From Eutreptiella sp. 'Long Island Sound 2002' (lineage: Eukaryota; Protista; Euglenida): 64,000 bases of DNA. Below the pieces are notes generated by a model. It saw nothing but the letters and a program-made list of their open reading frames with translations. It made no database searches and was not told the origin of the DNA. The position numbers and the translations under genes were made by a program. Positions 62,195 through 64,000 of this stretch are shown here, piece after piece (positions within the stretch are counted from its first letter, which is position 1; every line of letters starts with the position of its first letter). The stretch lies in assembly GCA_964036045.1 (NCBI GenBank), contig OZ038378.1, forward strand, positions 158,038,001 through 158,102,000, given 5' to 3'.

Positions 62195-62242
62195 AAATTT
62201 GGAGAGTTTGATCTTGGCTCAGAATGAATGCTGGCGGTAGCC
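62195..62242 (+). pseudogene. Fragment of about 48 bp from the 5' end of a bacterial or organellar SSU (16S) rRNA
   Basis: GAAATTTGGAGAGTTTGATCTTGGCTCAGAATGAATGCTGGCGGTAGC contains the 27F primer site with one mismatch. The rRNA sequence does not continue. Confidence 0.85.
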
Positions 62243-63744
62243 ATGTTTTCTTAAAAACATGAATCTCTATGGTATTTTCAGGCCGACTCAATAAATAGGC
62301 TTTTTTGTCGTGTGGGCAAGAGTACATGATATATTTCCAAAATTAGCTATTATTGTGCTTCGTCAATTAGGGTTAGTTCAGAAAGATGCCTGATGCAAAA
62401 CAGCATGTGGGCCATAAACTAGAACCTCACAACATTTTTACGACATTGGTATGCACCAAAATGTGCGTTTTCTCGGCAACAATGGTGAAAAATTGCCAAA
62501 CTTACTTCAGAAATGGTGTGTTTCGGCGCTGGAGCAGCAGTGCATCACCCCCCCCCCCCATTTTGAGGGTGCCAAATAAAAAAAGTATGCAAGGCAGAGG
62601 CTGGGAACCGATGCACCAAAATGTGCCATCACAATTTTTCAAAAATTTCCAATTTTTGGTAATAAAAGGTGAGTGTCGCACCTGGAGCAACCCGTATGCA
62701 CCAAAATTTGCTATTTTTCATCAAAAATGGTCGGAGACCCTCCCCCCCCAACACCAAAACACCACTGCTTCATGCAGCACTGAATTCAAACTACCCATGG
62801 GTTTGCCGCTTTTTCAGTCCGCCGAATCTGGTTTTAGAATCTCAAACGTGCAAGTGTTTTAGGAAGTAATCACACCTTGGGACATAGTCCTGGTAGTGAT
62901 GTACGAAGCTGGGGCATTGTTAAATGTAAAACCATGTCCCATTGTGGTTGATTATGTAGTGACACAACGTAGGTGCGTGGATCGAGTAGGTAACGTCAAT
63001 TTACTTAGTGTGGATGCTGCAAAGCTTGCTCCAGGTAGCAATTGGACCCTGATACAGGGTCCTGAAAGTGTTTCCCGTACCGTGAAATTTACACACCCCT
63101 TGGGATAGGTCCCTGGTAGTGGCGCCCGAAACTCGGGCGCGTTAGGACAACTAAACTGCAGTGTGCATGGTGCCCGGACCCTTTGCCCCCCATGCACTGG
63201 TGCACTTGCCAGCTAGGGCCGGTCAGCTGAAGCCTCCGGGAGCCCAAGGGGCATGGTTTGGCGGCGTAGCTAGTGTAGCTGCTAGAGCTGATGTAGGAGC
63301 CTGGGTTGTGGCCGGCCTACCTGGCGGATGGGGAGACATCCCTCCTCCCCAAAGTCTGTGGGTCTGGGATGTGGTCCACCAGGCGACTAATTGTGCTCAG
63401 CAGGGTGTTCTGCTTGTAGGCCGGAGGGCGGTTCCAAGATCTCCTACACTGCTAGAGTCTTGGATGCACCTGTCAGCCTACAGCTTCTGGCTGGCTTGCT
63501 GCTCTCTAGATATGGCATCTGCCACCCAAGTGTTGCTGGCGCTGCCCCACCTCGTGGGCTGGGTAGTGGCAGGGTGGAGCCCTTGGGTACATGAAGTGCT
63601 TTTACCTCATCCCCTAAGCGGTTGTTCTTTTGACTGCGTGTTCTTGTATGGGTAGGGGGGGGGTTAGTCTTCTGCATGGCAGCGGAGTTGGGCATGGGGC
63701 TGGGTACAGGTGAAACTATGCAGATTGTGCAATGGTCCCGGGCA

Positions 63745-63960
63745 TAAAACCACCCCCAAATGGGGGATAAAACCACCCCTAAAACCACCCCGGGTGGTTT
63801 TATGCCCACTTTTATGGGGGATAAAACCACCCCTCTTGGGGGATAAAACCACCACTTTGGGGGGATAGAACCACCCCTTATGGGGGATAAAACCACCCCC
63901 CCTTGTTAAAACCACCCCCTTCGGGGGGATAAAACCACCCCAGGGTGGTTTTATACCCAC
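63745..63960. repeat. Array of ATAAAACCACCC motifs (about 9 direct, 2 inverted, about 22-bp spacing), likely a transposon subterminal region
   Basis: Read directly from the sequence. Each motif is paired with a GGGGG to form short hairpins. Confidence 0.7.
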
Positions 63961-64000
63961 CAAAGCAAACATGGTTACCTAGGGTTATCCGGGACTGGAA

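Noticed and set aside
62195-62242. Functional rRNA gene or bacterial contig
   Set aside because: It is only about 48 bp, the sequence after helix 1 is missing, and the flanks are eukaryotic repeats.

Overview
This is repeat-dominated eukaryotic nuclear DNA, shown by GT-AG spliceosomal introns, long (CA)n/(CACG)n microsatellites, LINEs, hAT elements and MITEs. The element mix and intron-like MITEs suggest a euglenozoan, probably a euglenid, but the host cannot be proven from this window. From left to right the window holds: a Gag-like ORF plus tyrosine recombinase (YR) retroelement cut by the window edge; two decayed RNase H-bearing LINEs; an EDR2-C/DUF1336-like gene with at least four exons; two decayed Penelope-like RT copies flanking a nearly complete APE-RT-RNaseH LINE; an intronless secreted protein with an internal duplication; and a 6.6-kb Penelope-like element (PLE) sitting in (CA)n. 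That PLE has 281-bp direct terminal repeats, a Gag-like zinc-knuckle ORF1 and a GIY-YIG-then-RT ORF2 joined across an A-AAA-AAG heptamer. Further right are 49-bp and 96-bp GC-rich tandem arrays, a MYND-finger ORF split by a hAT element that carries a tRNA-Tyr-like sequence, and a short 16S rRNA 5' fragment. The two strongest leads are (1) the Gag-bearing, YxDN-type PLE family and (2) hAT-type CAG...CTG elements whose 8-bp target duplication matches the geometry of euglenid nonconventional introns. Many frameshifts fall in homopolymer runs and may be long-read errors. All calls come from reading motifs by eye; no database search was run.
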